From NCBI GenBank assembly GCA_964589705.1, contig CAZPUF010000006.1, positions 1 through 24,000 on the forward strand: a stretch of DNA of 24,000 bases, read 5' to 3'. Below, one piece after another: positions 9,521 to 18,679 of this stretch. The position numbers and the translations under genes were made by a program. Numbering within the stretch: position 1 is the first letter of the stretch; each line of letters starts with the position of its first letter. Source of the stretch: an uncultured Saprospiraceae bacterium (GTDB lineage: Bacteria; Bacteroidota; Bacteroidia; Chitinophagales; Saprospiraceae). Below the pieces are notes generated by a model. That model had not been told where the DNA came from, made no database searches, and was given only the letters and a program-made list of their open reading frames with translations.

Positions 9521-9544
9521 TAAGAATAGCGTAAAAATTAAATA

Positions 9545-9581
9545 AAAGGCCTTCCAGTTTGTTACTTGGAGGGCCTTTTTC
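9545..9581 (+). terminator. Rho-independent-type terminator after the EGF lipoprotein gene
   Basis: AAAAGGCCTTCCA-gtttgttact-TGGAGGGCCTTTTT: long stem with one mismatch/wobble and a T-run. Confidence 0.75.
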
Positions 9582-9638
9582 TGCTAATGAAATAATATCA
9601 CTCGGTTCATCTCTCTATATTTGGTTTGAATAGGTACA

Positions 9639-10787
9639 ATGAAAATTATCGTCACTACACAGGAAGGATTAGAAGAAGTCTGCGCCAGAGAAATGGCCAA
9701 CTTAGATTTGCAAGATATTGAAATCCTTAGGAGAGGTGTTTCTTGTCAAGGCAATTGGGCACAACTTTACAAATGCAATTATCTTTTACGAACGGCAGTA
9801 AGAGTCCTTGTTCCTATACACGAATTCGATGTAAATGATCAAGACGAATATTACGAGGCTATCAAAAGTATCAATTGGACTCAATACATTAAACCTGACC
9901 AAACTTTTGCCATCAATTCAGTTATCACAGGAGAACTCTTTACGAATAGTCTCTTTGCTACTTTCAGAGCAAAGGATGCCATAGCAGATAGGATAACAGA
10001 AGAAAAAGGATCTCGACCTGATGTAGACATAGACAACCCTTCCATCGTTATTAATATTTACGTCAATCAAGATAAGTTATCGGTAGCCTTGGATAGCACA
10101 GGTCATTCACTCCATCTGCGTGGTTACAAAGAACGATCATATAAGGCACCTCTTAATGAAGTATTCGCGGCAGGCATCATCAAATTAGCAGGTTGGGATG
10201 GCTCACAAGATTTTTACGACCCAATGTGTGGTTCAGGTACTTTTACCACAGAGGCATTGATGATGGCAGCTAATGTTCCACCTGGTAGACTGATAAAGAG
10301 ATTTTGTTTTCAAAACTGGACAGAATATTATCCAAAAATTTGGAGAAGTATTAAAAGAACTGCCGAAGAAGATATCATTGCACCAAAGTGTAATTTTTAC
10401 TCTAGTGATCTCAATCCATATGCTACACGTGATTTGAGAAAAAATTTGCAACGTATACCCTTCAAAGAGATCGTCAAAATCAAAGAGAAAGACTTTCTAG
10501 AAGAAACTGGTCAGCAGGATGCTATCCTATTTCTTAACCCACCATACGATAAAAGAATTAAGATTAGAGATGTCAAGAACTTCTACCGAAAAATCTCTGA
10601 TGCCCTTAAGCAACACTGGCAAGGGTCTACGGCCTGGGTAATATCTGGCAATAATCAGGCTATGAAGTCGTTTGGACTTAAACATAGCGCAAAATATAGT
10701 GTAGATAATGGCGGGATACCGTCCAAGTTGTATAAATTTGAATTATATGGTGGCTCACGGAAACAGAAACATAATAAAGCTCTATAG
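9639..10787 (+). CDS. rlmL: THUMP-domain class I SAM-dependent rRNA/RNA methyltransferase (RlmL/YpsC-like)
   Basis: N-terminus KIIVTTQEGLEEVCAREMANL, THUMP region, motif DPMCGSGTFTTEALMMAANVPPGR, catalytic NPPYDKRIK. Confidence 0.88.
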   Translation: MKIIVTTQEGLEEVCAREMANLDLQDIEILRRGVSCQGNWAQLYKCNYLLRTAVRVLVPIHEFDVNDQDEYYEAIKSINWTQYIKPDQTFAINSVITGELFTNSLFATFRAKDAIADRITEEKGSRPDVDIDNPSIVINIYVNQDKLSVALDSTGHSLHLRGYKERSYKAPLNEVFAAGIIKLAGWDGSQDFYDPMCGSGTFTTEALMMAANVPPGRLIKRFCFQNWTEYYPKIWRSIKRTAEEDIIAPKCNFYSSDLNPYATRDLRKNLQRIPFKEIVKIKEKDFLEETGQQDAILFLNPPYDKRIKIRDVKNFYRKISDALKQHWQGSTAWVISGNNQAMKSFGLKHSAKYSVDNGGIPSKLYKFELYGGSRKQKHNKAL

Positions 10788-11127
10788 CCTGACGATTATT
10801 CTAATCACGATATTCGTCACTCCTTCCTTTACCCAATCTCTGTCTATAGAATCTCTCAGGTTAGATAAAATTGATTCATTATGCATAGTACCAGATTTGA
10901 AGTTAGACTATGCACTATTATCCAAGCCAAAAGCTATACTGAATATAGAATCAACAAAAAATCAATCTGTCATGGTTAAGAAATTTGATTATCTCAAGGC
11001 TTACCATGACCACTTAGGCATCTTTTGCAAAGCCGAAAATATAGCCAGCCAAAAAGCGACAGTCAACTTGAGAATGAGGTTAGGAAGTCTGGAGTACGTA
11101 GACAGGATGGAAGGAAAGATAAGGTAA
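10747..11127 (+). CDS. Small hypothetical secreted protein, 5' end overlapping rlmL
   Basis: Track ORF 10708..11127. In-frame ATG at 10747 gives MVAHGNRNIIKLYSLTIILITIFVTPSFTQS, a plausible signal peptide. About 340 nt of the ORF lies outside rlmL. Confidence 0.45.
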   Translation: MVAHGNRNIIKLYSLTIILITIFVTPSFTQSLSIESLRLDKIDSLCIVPDLKLDYALLSKPKAILNIESTKNQSVMVKKFDYLKAYHDHLGIFCKAENIASQKATVNLRMRLGSLEYVDRMEGKIR

Positions 11128-11132
11128 AGCAA

Positions 11133-11858
11133 TTACAGAATATCCTTAAGGTCTGATACACCTATATACTCATGACAAGTAAATCCTTCACCATATTCCA
11201 CAGCTATTCTTCTTCCAAAATCTTGGGATCTTCCTCTTAATCCATCCAAAAAAGACTTAGACGAAATCGGTGTTTGTGGTCCTTTAGAATCCTTCTGATA
11301 AAACTGAGTTTCAAAGCATTTGACAAGTTTTATCTTCTTATCCATATACATTGAAATATCTACCACGATGTCTGGCTTGATATAATGATCCTGTATATAG
11401 TGGAGGACTTTGCGAGGACGCCATGGCGCTTGATTTGTTTTTCCTGATTTGGTTTTGATCTTAAGCAGACCAGAAAGAAAACAAGCTTCACTGACTAATT
11501 TTGCTGCATTACCATGGTCAGGATGACGATCTGTGACCGAATTAGCCAAGATTATCTCAGGCCTATACTTACGGATGGACTTTATAATTTTCAATTTATT
11601 CTCTTTGTTATTGGCGATAAAGCCATCTGCCATTCCTAGATTTTCTCTTACAGCAACCTTTGCAAATTTTCTTGCAGCTTCAGCCTCTTTCTTCCTTGTA
11701 GCAGCTGTTCCTCTTGTTCCTAATTCTCCTTTGGTCAAATCAACAATTCCAACTTTATATCCTAAGTCAATATGTTTTAGTATCGTACCACCACATCCTA
11801 ACTCCACATCATCAGGATGTACGCCTATTGCGAGAAAATCTAAATTCTTAATCTTCAT
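11133..11858 (-). CDS. bshB1: Bacillithiol biosynthesis N-acetylglucosaminyl deacetylase BshB1 (LmbE-like)
   Basis: Zn motif GVHPDDVELGCGGTI, DLTKGELGTRG, NSVTDRHPDHGNAAKLV, EYGEGF. Confidence 0.88.
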   Translation of the reverse strand: MKIKNLDFLAIGVHPDDVELGCGGTILKHIDLGYKVGIVDLTKGELGTRGTAATRKKEAEAARKFAKVAVRENLGMADGFIANNKENKLKIIKSIRKYRPEIILANSVTDRHPDHGNAAKLVSEACFLSGLLKIKTKSGKTNQAPWRPRKVLHYIQDHYIKPDIVVDISMYMDKKIKLVKCFETQFYQKDSKGPQTPISSKSFLDGLRGRSQDFGRRIAVEYGEGFTCHEYIGVSDLKDIL

Positions 11859-11883
11859 ATATTATAATTAAAAGGCAAGCCAT

Positions 11884-12936
11884 TTACTCCCATCTGAGTA
11901 ATGCACTACCCCAAGTAAATCCACTTCCAAATGCAGCCAAACAAACCAAATCACCTGATTTTACCATACCAGCTTCCCATGCTTCACATAAGGCAATAGG
12001 AATAGAGGCTGCGGTTGTATTGCCATATTTCTGGATGTTATTGAATACCTTATCATCAGTAAGGCTCATACTCTGCTGAACGAATTTGCTGATTCTCAAA
12101 TTAGCTTGGTGCGGAACCAACATATCTATATCTGACTTGTCCAAGCCGGTCTCATTCAGCGCTTCTTGTATAACCTCTACAAACTTAACAACTGCTTTCT
12201 TGAATACCGCTTGACCATTCATATATGGATACATCATCCCATCAGCCACCATCTTTGGTGTAGCAAATATGCCTCCTGGCACATTTGTATCAGGAAAGCC
12301 ATAATCCACCTCATCATGGACACCTCCATGACTTCCAAAATTTATCATGGCCAACTCCTCAGCAAAGCTGCCATCGGAATGTAGCTTGGTCGTCAATATA
12401 CCTTCTCCCTCTGCAGGTTGTAAGACAACCGCACCAGCTCCATCTCCAAAAATCACAGTCACATTCCGACCTTTGGTGCTAAAATCCAATCCCATACTGT
12501 GCATCTCAGCTCCAACTAACAAGATGTTCTTATACATTCCAGATCGGATAAACTGATCCGCCACTGAGAGACCATAGACAAATCCTGAACATTGATTACG
12601 TATATCCAATGCGCCGATTTCAGTATTGGTAATTCCCAATTCTCGTTGTAATAATACGCCACAACCTGGGAAATAATAATCAGGACTAAGGGTCGCAAAG
12701 ATGATGAAGTCCACATCCTCTTTGGTAATACCTGCTCTTTCTATAGCTATCTCTGCCGCTTTGGCACCCATGGTAGATGATGATTCTTTATGCTTAGTCG
12801 CATATCTCCTTTCTTCTATGCCTGTTCTCTCAATGATCCACTCGTCAGAAGTATCCATATACTTAGTTAGCTCTTGATTCTTGACGACATTGGAAGGCAA
12901 ATAACACCCTATACCTCCAATTTTGGTTCTTGCCAT
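11884..12936 (-). CDS. fabH: 3-oxoacyl-ACP synthase III
   Basis: IGGIGCYLPSNVVKNQELTKYMDTSDEWIIERTGIEERRYA, active-site region DIRNQCSGFVYGLSVADQFI, PHQANLRI, NTTAASIP near C-terminus with FGSGFTWGSALLRW. Confidence 0.93.
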   Translation of the reverse strand: MARTKIGGIGCYLPSNVVKNQELTKYMDTSDEWIIERTGIEERRYATKHKESSSTMGAKAAEIAIERAGITKEDVDFIIFATLSPDYYFPGCGVLLQRELGITNTEIGALDIRNQCSGFVYGLSVADQFIRSGMYKNILLVGAEMHSMGLDFSTKGRNVTVIFGDGAGAVVLQPAEGEGILTTKLHSDGSFAEELAMINFGSHGGVHDEVDYGFPDTNVPGGIFATPKMVADGMMYPYMNGQAVFKKAVVKFVEVIQEALNETGLDKSDIDMLVPHQANLRISKFVQQSMSLTDDKVFNNIQKYGNTTAASIPIALCEAWEAGMVKSGDLVCLAAFGSGFTWGSALLRWE

Positions 12937-13096
12937 AACATTCAGTTTTCAAGCAAATTAATAGATTTTTTATTGCTGTCATTATCCAAAAGTCTATTAT
13001 TCACTAATAAATAAACTTAGAAATGTAAAGTAACCAATAGCAATGGATAATTACTAGCTTTGCGATTAGCGAGATCACCTCACAGAATAAGACAAT

Positions 13097-13792
13097 TTGA
13101 ATCCTATAAAGAAGAAGCTACAACAGCTTATTTACATAATCCTAAATCCACTAATTCAGCTTTTGATAAAGTTGGGTGTCACTCCAAATATGGTTACCTT
13201 CTTCGGTTTCCTACTTAATATCTTGTCGACGGGTGTGCTCATATATGGAGCAGAGGTAGGAGATAGAAATAATCACAAATATCTAGGATATGCAGGTGCG
13301 ATAATACTATTTGCCGGAGCCATGGATATGATAGATGGAAGATTAGCGAGATTGAGTGGTAAGGACCATCCATATGGTGCCTTATATGACTCCGTCATAG
13401 ATAGGTACAGTGAGCTGGTTATGTTTTTTGGCTTCTGCTATTATACAGTAACTCAAGATTACTTACTGACAAGCATATTTAGTTTTATTGCTATGATAGG
13501 ATCTATTATGGTCAGTTATACAAGAGCGCGGGCAGAAGGACTAGGTGTCAATGCCAGTGTCGGTCTAATGCAGCGGCCAGAAAGAATAGTCCTTGTCGCA
13601 ACAGCCAGTCTGATAACCTGTATAGTCTCGGCTGCGATCGGCGGTGGGTATGAATATAGAGTATCATGGTTAGGTCAACCAATCTTTGAGACGATCTCAG
13701 TATTCAGCTGGTCTATCACTTTCTTGGCGTTTTCTGCCAATATCACAGCTCTAAGAAGGTTATATTTCTCCAGACAACAACTCATGGAATAG
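13097..13792 (+). CDS. CDP-alcohol phosphatidyltransferase, candidate phosphatidylinositol-phosphate synthase
   Basis: Family signature DGRLARLSGKDHPYGALYDSVIDR (DG-x2-AR-x8-G-x3-D-x3-D) plus TM segments. Substrate inferred from co-localised inositol-phosphate synthase. The listed start is TTG. Confidence 0.85.
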   Translation: MNPIKKKLQQLIYIILNPLIQLLIKLGVTPNMVTFFGFLLNILSTGVLIYGAEVGDRNNHKYLGYAGAIILFAGAMDMIDGRLARLSGKDHPYGALYDSVIDRYSELVMFFGFCYYTVTQDYLLTSIFSFIAMIGSIMVSYTRARAEGLGVNASVGLMQRPERIVLVATASLITCIVSAAIGGGYEYRVSWLGQPIFETISVFSWSITFLAFSANITALRRLYFSRQQLME

Positions 13793-13860
13793 TTTGTTAA
13801 TCTATTTAATGGTGAGAATAACGGTGATATAGCTGAGAAAGATTTTAAATTTGAACCTAG

Positions 13861-14382
13861 ATGTTAGATAACTTTAATAAGATTAAGACCAGGAAGACCC
13901 AATATGGAGAACATGGGCTACCTGAAACTTATCCGGTTCCACGGATAGATGGTCTTCTTTTCTACATCCAAAGAAATCTAAATCAGAACACAGTAGTCTA
14001 CGTTATAAATCAATCTAAAGATGGCTTTCTAAATGAAGAGCGACCAATGGATGTCTACTGGGTTAATTACACCGAAGGCGGCATTGTTAAATCACTTAAC
14101 CAAATTCAAAACAAACTTGCTTTTGGCTATAAAAGCGAAAAAATAAACAATACAAGCTGTCGATTCCAAATGGTTTCATATGAACATCAGGAATTTTACA
14201 TTGGAAAAAACTGTGATAACAAGTATCAAGTACATACTAAGTTAAATGACCGAATGAGTGTCATATCCAACATATACGTATACGCTGAAGATTTTGGCGT
14301 ATTTCCTCAGGTTAAGTATATAGAGTTCTATGGACAGGACTTAGTGAGACAATTACCAACGTACAGTAAAGTACTCTTGTAA
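13861..14382 (+). CDS. DUF4833-like protein of unknown function
   Basis: 173 aa with LLFYIQRNLNQNTVVYVINQ...PMDVYWVNYTEGGIVKSLNQIQNKLAFGYKS, matching my recollection of the DUF4833 pattern. In-line and co-directional with the lipid genes. Confidence 0.55.
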   Translation: MLDNFNKIKTRKTQYGEHGLPETYPVPRIDGLLFYIQRNLNQNTVVYVINQSKDGFLNEERPMDVYWVNYTEGGIVKSLNQIQNKLAFGYKSEKINNTSCRFQMVSYEHQEFYIGKNCDNKYQVHTKLNDRMSVISNIYVYAEDFGVFPQVKYIEFYGQDLVRQLPTYSKVLL

Positions 14383-14392
14383 AACTTTCTTC

Positions 14393-15325
14393 ATGTCTTT
14401 TCGATTTGATTCAAGGTTCTCCAGAAATTGGATAGTATTTGGATTGGTTTTTACCACCCTATACTGGCTATGGAATGGGCTGGCAGTAGGTATAGATTCA
14501 TTGGCGATCATCTTCTACTTATCCATTATTGGTCTGATCTATGCCACTCCAAGAAGTAGAAAATTGGCCGTCGCTTTTAGTCCATTTTTCATCTACCTGA
14601 TATGCTATAATTCACTGAAAATATTGCATGATTATAATCCATTTACCATTATAAATGAGTCTCTTTATGATCTCGAAGTTGCTTGGTTTGGGGTTAATGT
14701 TGACGGTGTCAAAGTCTCCTTATGCGAATACTTCAACCATCATATTCATTGGTTTCTTGATTTAGTCTCAGGTATCTTCTATATCACTTGGGCCCCATTT
14801 CCAATCATTTTTGGTCTCATTACATTTTTTACTAAAAAACCAAAACTGACCTTTGATTTTTGGACTTGCTTTTTAATTGCCAACTTATTTGGATTTGCTA
14901 TCTATATTTTGCTTCCAGCTGCACCTCCTTGGTATTATTTGAAATATGGAGCAGAAGTGGTACTTGATGCTGGCGGAGAACCAGCTGGTTTAGCCAGGTT
15001 TGATGAAATGATAGGATTTGGGTTATATTCTGGAATGTACAGTAAGGGGACAAATACCTTTGGTGCATTACCTTCAATGCATGCTGCCTTCCCATTAATT
15101 TTGAGTTATTATAGTTTGAAATACAAGAACAAATATTTAACTACTTTATTCACTGTCAGTTTGTTATGTATATGGTTTGGTGCTATATATACTAACCATC
15201 ATTATTTAATTGATGTAATTATGGGGATTGGATGTGCTATTATTGGTATTTTACTACTTGAAACCACGGTAAATAGTAGTTTTGTGCCTTCTTGGTACAA
15301 GAAAACAAAAGAATTCATTAGCTGA
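14393..15325 (+). CDS. PAP2/AUR1-type multi-pass membrane enzyme, candidate inositol phosphorylceramide synthase
   Basis: Multiple TM segments, phosphatase-type motifs ALPSMHAAFPLILSYYSL and YTNHHYLIDVIMG. Context of inositol and ceramide genes. Confidence 0.75.
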   Translation: MSFRFDSRFSRNWIVFGLVFTTLYWLWNGLAVGIDSLAIIFYLSIIGLIYATPRSRKLAVAFSPFFIYLICYNSLKILHDYNPFTIINESLYDLEVAWFGVNVDGVKVSLCEYFNHHIHWFLDLVSGIFYITWAPFPIIFGLITFFTKKPKLTFDFWTCFLIANLFGFAIYILLPAAPPWYYLKYGAEVVLDAGGEPAGLARFDEMIGFGLYSGMYSKGTNTFGALPSMHAAFPLILSYYSLKYKNKYLTTLFTVSLLCIWFGAIYTNHHYLIDVIMGIGCAIIGILLLETTVNSSFVPSWYKKTKEFIS

Positions 15326-15340
15326 CTTAGTTTATATTTT

Positions 15341-16546
15341 ATGCCCCTAAGAAAGAAAATGGTTGCTTATACGCAGCCTCAAAAAATTCAAGAGCTAGGA
15401 ATATATCCATACTTCCGTACAATTGAATCTGAACAAGATACGGTTGTCAAAATCAATGGGAAGGATGTCTTGATGTTCGGTTCTAATAGTTATTTAGGAT
15501 TGACTAATCATCCACGACTTAAGGAAGCTTCAAAGAAAGCCATAGACAAATATGGCTCAGGTTGTGCAGGTTCTAGATTCCTAAACGGGACCTTGGATAT
15601 CCATTTAGAATTAGAAGAAAAGCTGGCTTCCTTTGTAGGAAAAGAAGAGGCCCTAGTATTTAGTACAGGGTTTCAAGTTAATCTAGGTGTTATCTCATCT
15701 ATACCAGGTAGACACGATTACATTATCACTGATGACTTAGACCACGCATGCATAATAGACGGTGCCAGATTGAGTTATGCGAGCAAGCACTGGAAGTACA
15801 AGCATAATGACATGGAAGCTCTAGAAAAGCTTCTTGCCAAGTGTGAGCCTGAGCGCATTAAGCTAATTGCTGTTGATGGTGTATTTAGCATGGAAGGTGA
15901 TCTATGTAATTTGCCAGAGATAGTCAGACTTGCGAAAAAATATAAAGCGTGTATCTTTTTGGATGATGCACATGGTCTAGGCGTAATGGGGGCTGGAGGA
16001 AGAGGTACTGCAGCACACTTTGGATTGACAGAGGATGTAGATATGATTATGGGTACATTCAGTAAATCACTAGCGTCTATAGGTGGGTTTGTTGCAGCAA
16101 ACAAAGAGACGATTAATTACCTTAAGCATAATGCAAGATCTCTCATATTTAGTGCAAGTATAGCACCTGCTAATGCTGCATCTGTTATTGCAGCACTTGA
16201 TCTTATACAAGAAGAACCCGACAGGATAGACAAGGTTTGGGAGAATACTAATTACGCTATGAAGCTTCTTAATGAAGCTGGTTTTGACACAGGTCATACA
16301 GTTACACCAATCATTCCAATTTTGATTAGAGATGATTATAAGACCTTTAGCTTAACCAGAAAATTATTAGACCAAGGTGTCTTTGTCAATCCAGTTGTAT
16401 CTCCGGCAGTACCAAGTACGTCTTCGTTACTGAGATATTCGTTGATGTCTACTCACACCAAACCCCAGATAGAAGAATCCGTAGAAAAGATTTACGCTAT
16501 CTCTAAGGAAATCGGTGTCTTTGACCAAGAAAAAACGCATGCATGA
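15341..16546 (+). CDS. spt: Alpha-oxoamine synthase family PLP enzyme, candidate serine palmitoyltransferase
   Basis: IYPYFRTIESEQDTVVKINGKDVLMFGSNSYLGLTNHPRLKEASKKAIDKYGSGCAGSRFLNGTLDIHLELEEKLA; PLP lysine region MIMGTFSKSLASIGGFVA; FLDDAHGLGVMG. Resembles Bacteroidota Spt more than BioF/Kbl. Confidence 0.85.
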   Translation: MPLRKKMVAYTQPQKIQELGIYPYFRTIESEQDTVVKINGKDVLMFGSNSYLGLTNHPRLKEASKKAIDKYGSGCAGSRFLNGTLDIHLELEEKLASFVGKEEALVFSTGFQVNLGVISSIPGRHDYIITDDLDHACIIDGARLSYASKHWKYKHNDMEALEKLLAKCEPERIKLIAVDGVFSMEGDLCNLPEIVRLAKKYKACIFLDDAHGLGVMGAGGRGTAAHFGLTEDVDMIMGTFSKSLASIGGFVAANKETINYLKHNARSLIFSASIAPANAASVIAALDLIQEEPDRIDKVWENTNYAMKLLNEAGFDTGHTVTPIIPILIRDDYKTFSLTRKLLDQGVFVNPVVSPAVPSTSSLLRYSLMSTHTKPQIEESVEKIYAISKEIGVFDQEKTHA

Positions 16547-17670
16547 GTCTCGAAATAAGAGAGACACAAAACAAAAAAGAACTTCATCAATTTATTGATT
16601 TCCCCCATGACCTTTATGAAGGGGACTCCTACTATGTGCCAGAGATCTTTATGGCACAAAAAGACTTACTTAATAAGAACAAACATCCTTTTCATAAGCA
16701 AGGAGAGGTCACCTGTTTTCTAGCCTTCGATAACGAGATAATTGTTGGCCGCATAGCCGCTATCAAAAACCCTGGTTATAACGCCTATCATCATTCCAAT
16801 ATTGGTTTTTTTGGTTTCTATGATTATATAGAATCAGCGCAAGTTGCCAAAGCATTATTGGACAGAGTGAAATCTCATTTAGCCAGTGAAAAATATGACA
16901 CTTTAATGGGTCCTGTCAATTTTTCCACGAATGAAACAGCCGCTACCCTAGTAGATGGATTTGATAGTTCTCCACTAATAATGATGACATATAACAAGTC
17001 CTATTATGACAGAATACAAAAAGAGATAGGACTAGAGAAAGAAATGGATTTGTATGCATACTATATGCCTACTGCATCGGTCTCTCAAAAGTCAGTAAAG
17101 ATGTATGACTTGATCCTAGAGCGACTTAAAAGAAAAGGTATCACTTTGAGAAACATTTCCATCAAAAACATCAAGGCAGAGGCTGATGGCATGCATAAGG
17201 TCTACAACAAAGCTTGGGAAAAAAATTGGGGATTTGTACCCATGTCTCGTACAGAAATGGACTTCATGATATCGGAACTCAAAATGATAGCAGATGAACG
17301 GTTCTGTTATATAGCCGAGCACAACGGTGAAGCGATTGGATTTTCCATTTCATTACCAGACATTAATGAGATTTCTAAGGGATTTAAAAAAGGCAGACTA
17401 TTCCCTTTTAATGTTTTTAAATTACTGCTCAAGAAGAAATCTGTATCCAAGGTAAGAATCATAACCATGGGAGTCATTGCTGAATATAGACGATTGGGGA
17501 TAGAAGCACTCTTCTTTGCCAGAAATATAATGACAGCTCAAGAGATTGGATTACACGGAGGAGAAGCCTCTTGGATATTAGAATCCAATGCAGAAATGAT
17601 CGCCTCAGCTGAAAAATTAAATGCCAAGAGATACAAAACGTATCGAATCTATAAGTACGACTTAAGTTAA
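16543..17670 (+). CDS. GNAT-fold acyltransferase-like protein, candidate bacterial ceramide synthase (bCerS-like)
   Basis: 375 aa with VGRIAAIKNPGYN...GFFGFYDY...LMGPVNFSTNETAATLVDGF and ITMGVIAEYRRLGIEALFFARN. ATGA overlap with the spt stop (16543-16546). Confidence 0.65.
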   Translation: MSLEIRETQNKKELHQFIDFPHDLYEGDSYYVPEIFMAQKDLLNKNKHPFHKQGEVTCFLAFDNEIIVGRIAAIKNPGYNAYHHSNIGFFGFYDYIESAQVAKALLDRVKSHLASEKYDTLMGPVNFSTNETAATLVDGFDSSPLIMMTYNKSYYDRIQKEIGLEKEMDLYAYYMPTASVSQKSVKMYDLILERLKRKGITLRNISIKNIKAEADGMHKVYNKAWEKNWGFVPMSRTEMDFMISELKMIADERFCYIAEHNGEAIGFSISLPDINEISKGFKKGRLFPFNVFKLLLKKKSVSKVRIITMGVIAEYRRLGIEALFFARNIMTAQEIGLHGGEASWILESNAEMIASAEKLNAKRYKTYRIYKYDLS

Positions 17671-17674
17671 AACT

Positions 17675-18667
17675 ATGGCATCCAAAATATTAATTACTGG
17701 TGCCAACGGATTCCTAGGAAGCTGGCTGGTAGATGAAGCCATAGCCCAAAACCTCCATGTATATGCTGGGGTAAGAAAAACTTCTAACCTTCAATATCTC
17801 AAAGATCCACGAATACATTTTTTTTACTATGACTTCAGCAAAGAGGATCAGCTTAGAGAAAAACTAAGAACTGAGGCTTTTGACTACATCGTCTTGAATG
17901 CTGGATTAACTACAGCAAAGGATCGAGCTACTTATTTTAAAGTCAATGCCAGCTATGTCAGAAAAATCTGCAAAATACTGCTAGAAGAGAAAGTGATTCC
18001 CAAAAAACTGATTTTGATCAGCAGTCTCGCTTCTTATGGACCAGCCAATTATCAAGTTAAGCAAATCTTAGATAGTGACAGTACTCCTCATCCAGTGACA
18101 TGGTATGGGGAGTCTAAGTTGCAAGCAGAACAATTTATACAAGGTTTCCAGATGATACCTTATTTGATATTTAGACCTACAGCGGTTTTTGGTCCCAGAG
18201 ATACGGCAATGGTGGATGTTTTTAAAGCGGCCAAATTAGGTTTATCACCAAAAATAGGAAAAGGAGAAATGGATGCCAGTTTTATCTATGTCAAAGACAT
18301 GGCTAAACTTGTTATAGATGCTGCTACTTCTGAGGCCGAAAGAAAATCATATTTTGTCAGCGATGGAAAGGTCTACCCTATCCATGATTTCAATCAGATG
18401 GTTGGAGATATCCTTGGAAAAAAATTAACAAGGATTACAATTCCATTTTCTATCATGAAGCTAGCTGGCTTTGTAAGTGAAAATATAGGTAAGCTACGAG
18501 GTACTGTTCCTATTCTTAATCGCAATAAAGTCAAAGAATATTTTGCGAGGTCCTTTGCTGTAGATACCGATGACTTAAAAAAAGATTTTAACTTCGCACC
18601 TTCTTATACCTTAAGTGATGGATTAAAGGAGACTATCACCTGGTGTCAGCAGAATAAATTACTATAA
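17675..18667 (+). CDS. NAD-dependent epimerase/dehydratase-type SDR, candidate 3-ketosphinganine/oxidised ceramide reductase (CerR-like)
   Basis: Extended SDR: ILITGANGFLGSWLVDEAI, LISSLASYGP, VTWYGESKLQAEQ, FRPTAVFGPRDTAMVDVFK. Context next to spt. Confidence 0.75.
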   Translation: MASKILITGANGFLGSWLVDEAIAQNLHVYAGVRKTSNLQYLKDPRIHFFYYDFSKEDQLREKLRTEAFDYIVLNAGLTTAKDRATYFKVNASYVRKICKILLEEKVIPKKLILISSLASYGPANYQVKQILDSDSTPHPVTWYGESKLQAEQFIQGFQMIPYLIFRPTAVFGPRDTAMVDVFKAAKLGLSPKIGKGEMDASFIYVKDMAKLVIDAATSEAERKSYFVSDGKVYPIHDFNQMVGDILGKKLTRITIPFSIMKLAGFVSENIGKLRGTVPILNRNKVKEYFARSFAVDTDDLKKDFNFAPSYTLSDGLKETITWCQQNKLL

Positions 18668-18679
18668 ACAGTTAACGAA

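Noticed and set aside
12166-12716. Overlapping ORFs within fabH (12166..12384, 12285..12482, 12347..12556, 12516..12716)
   Set aside because: Plus-strand antisense or out-of-frame minus-strand ORFs inside a clear FabH coding frame; no domain content.
15775-16297. Antisense ORFs 15775..16104 and 16070..16297
   Set aside because: They lie opposite the strongly supported Spt-like gene and show no recognisable domain.
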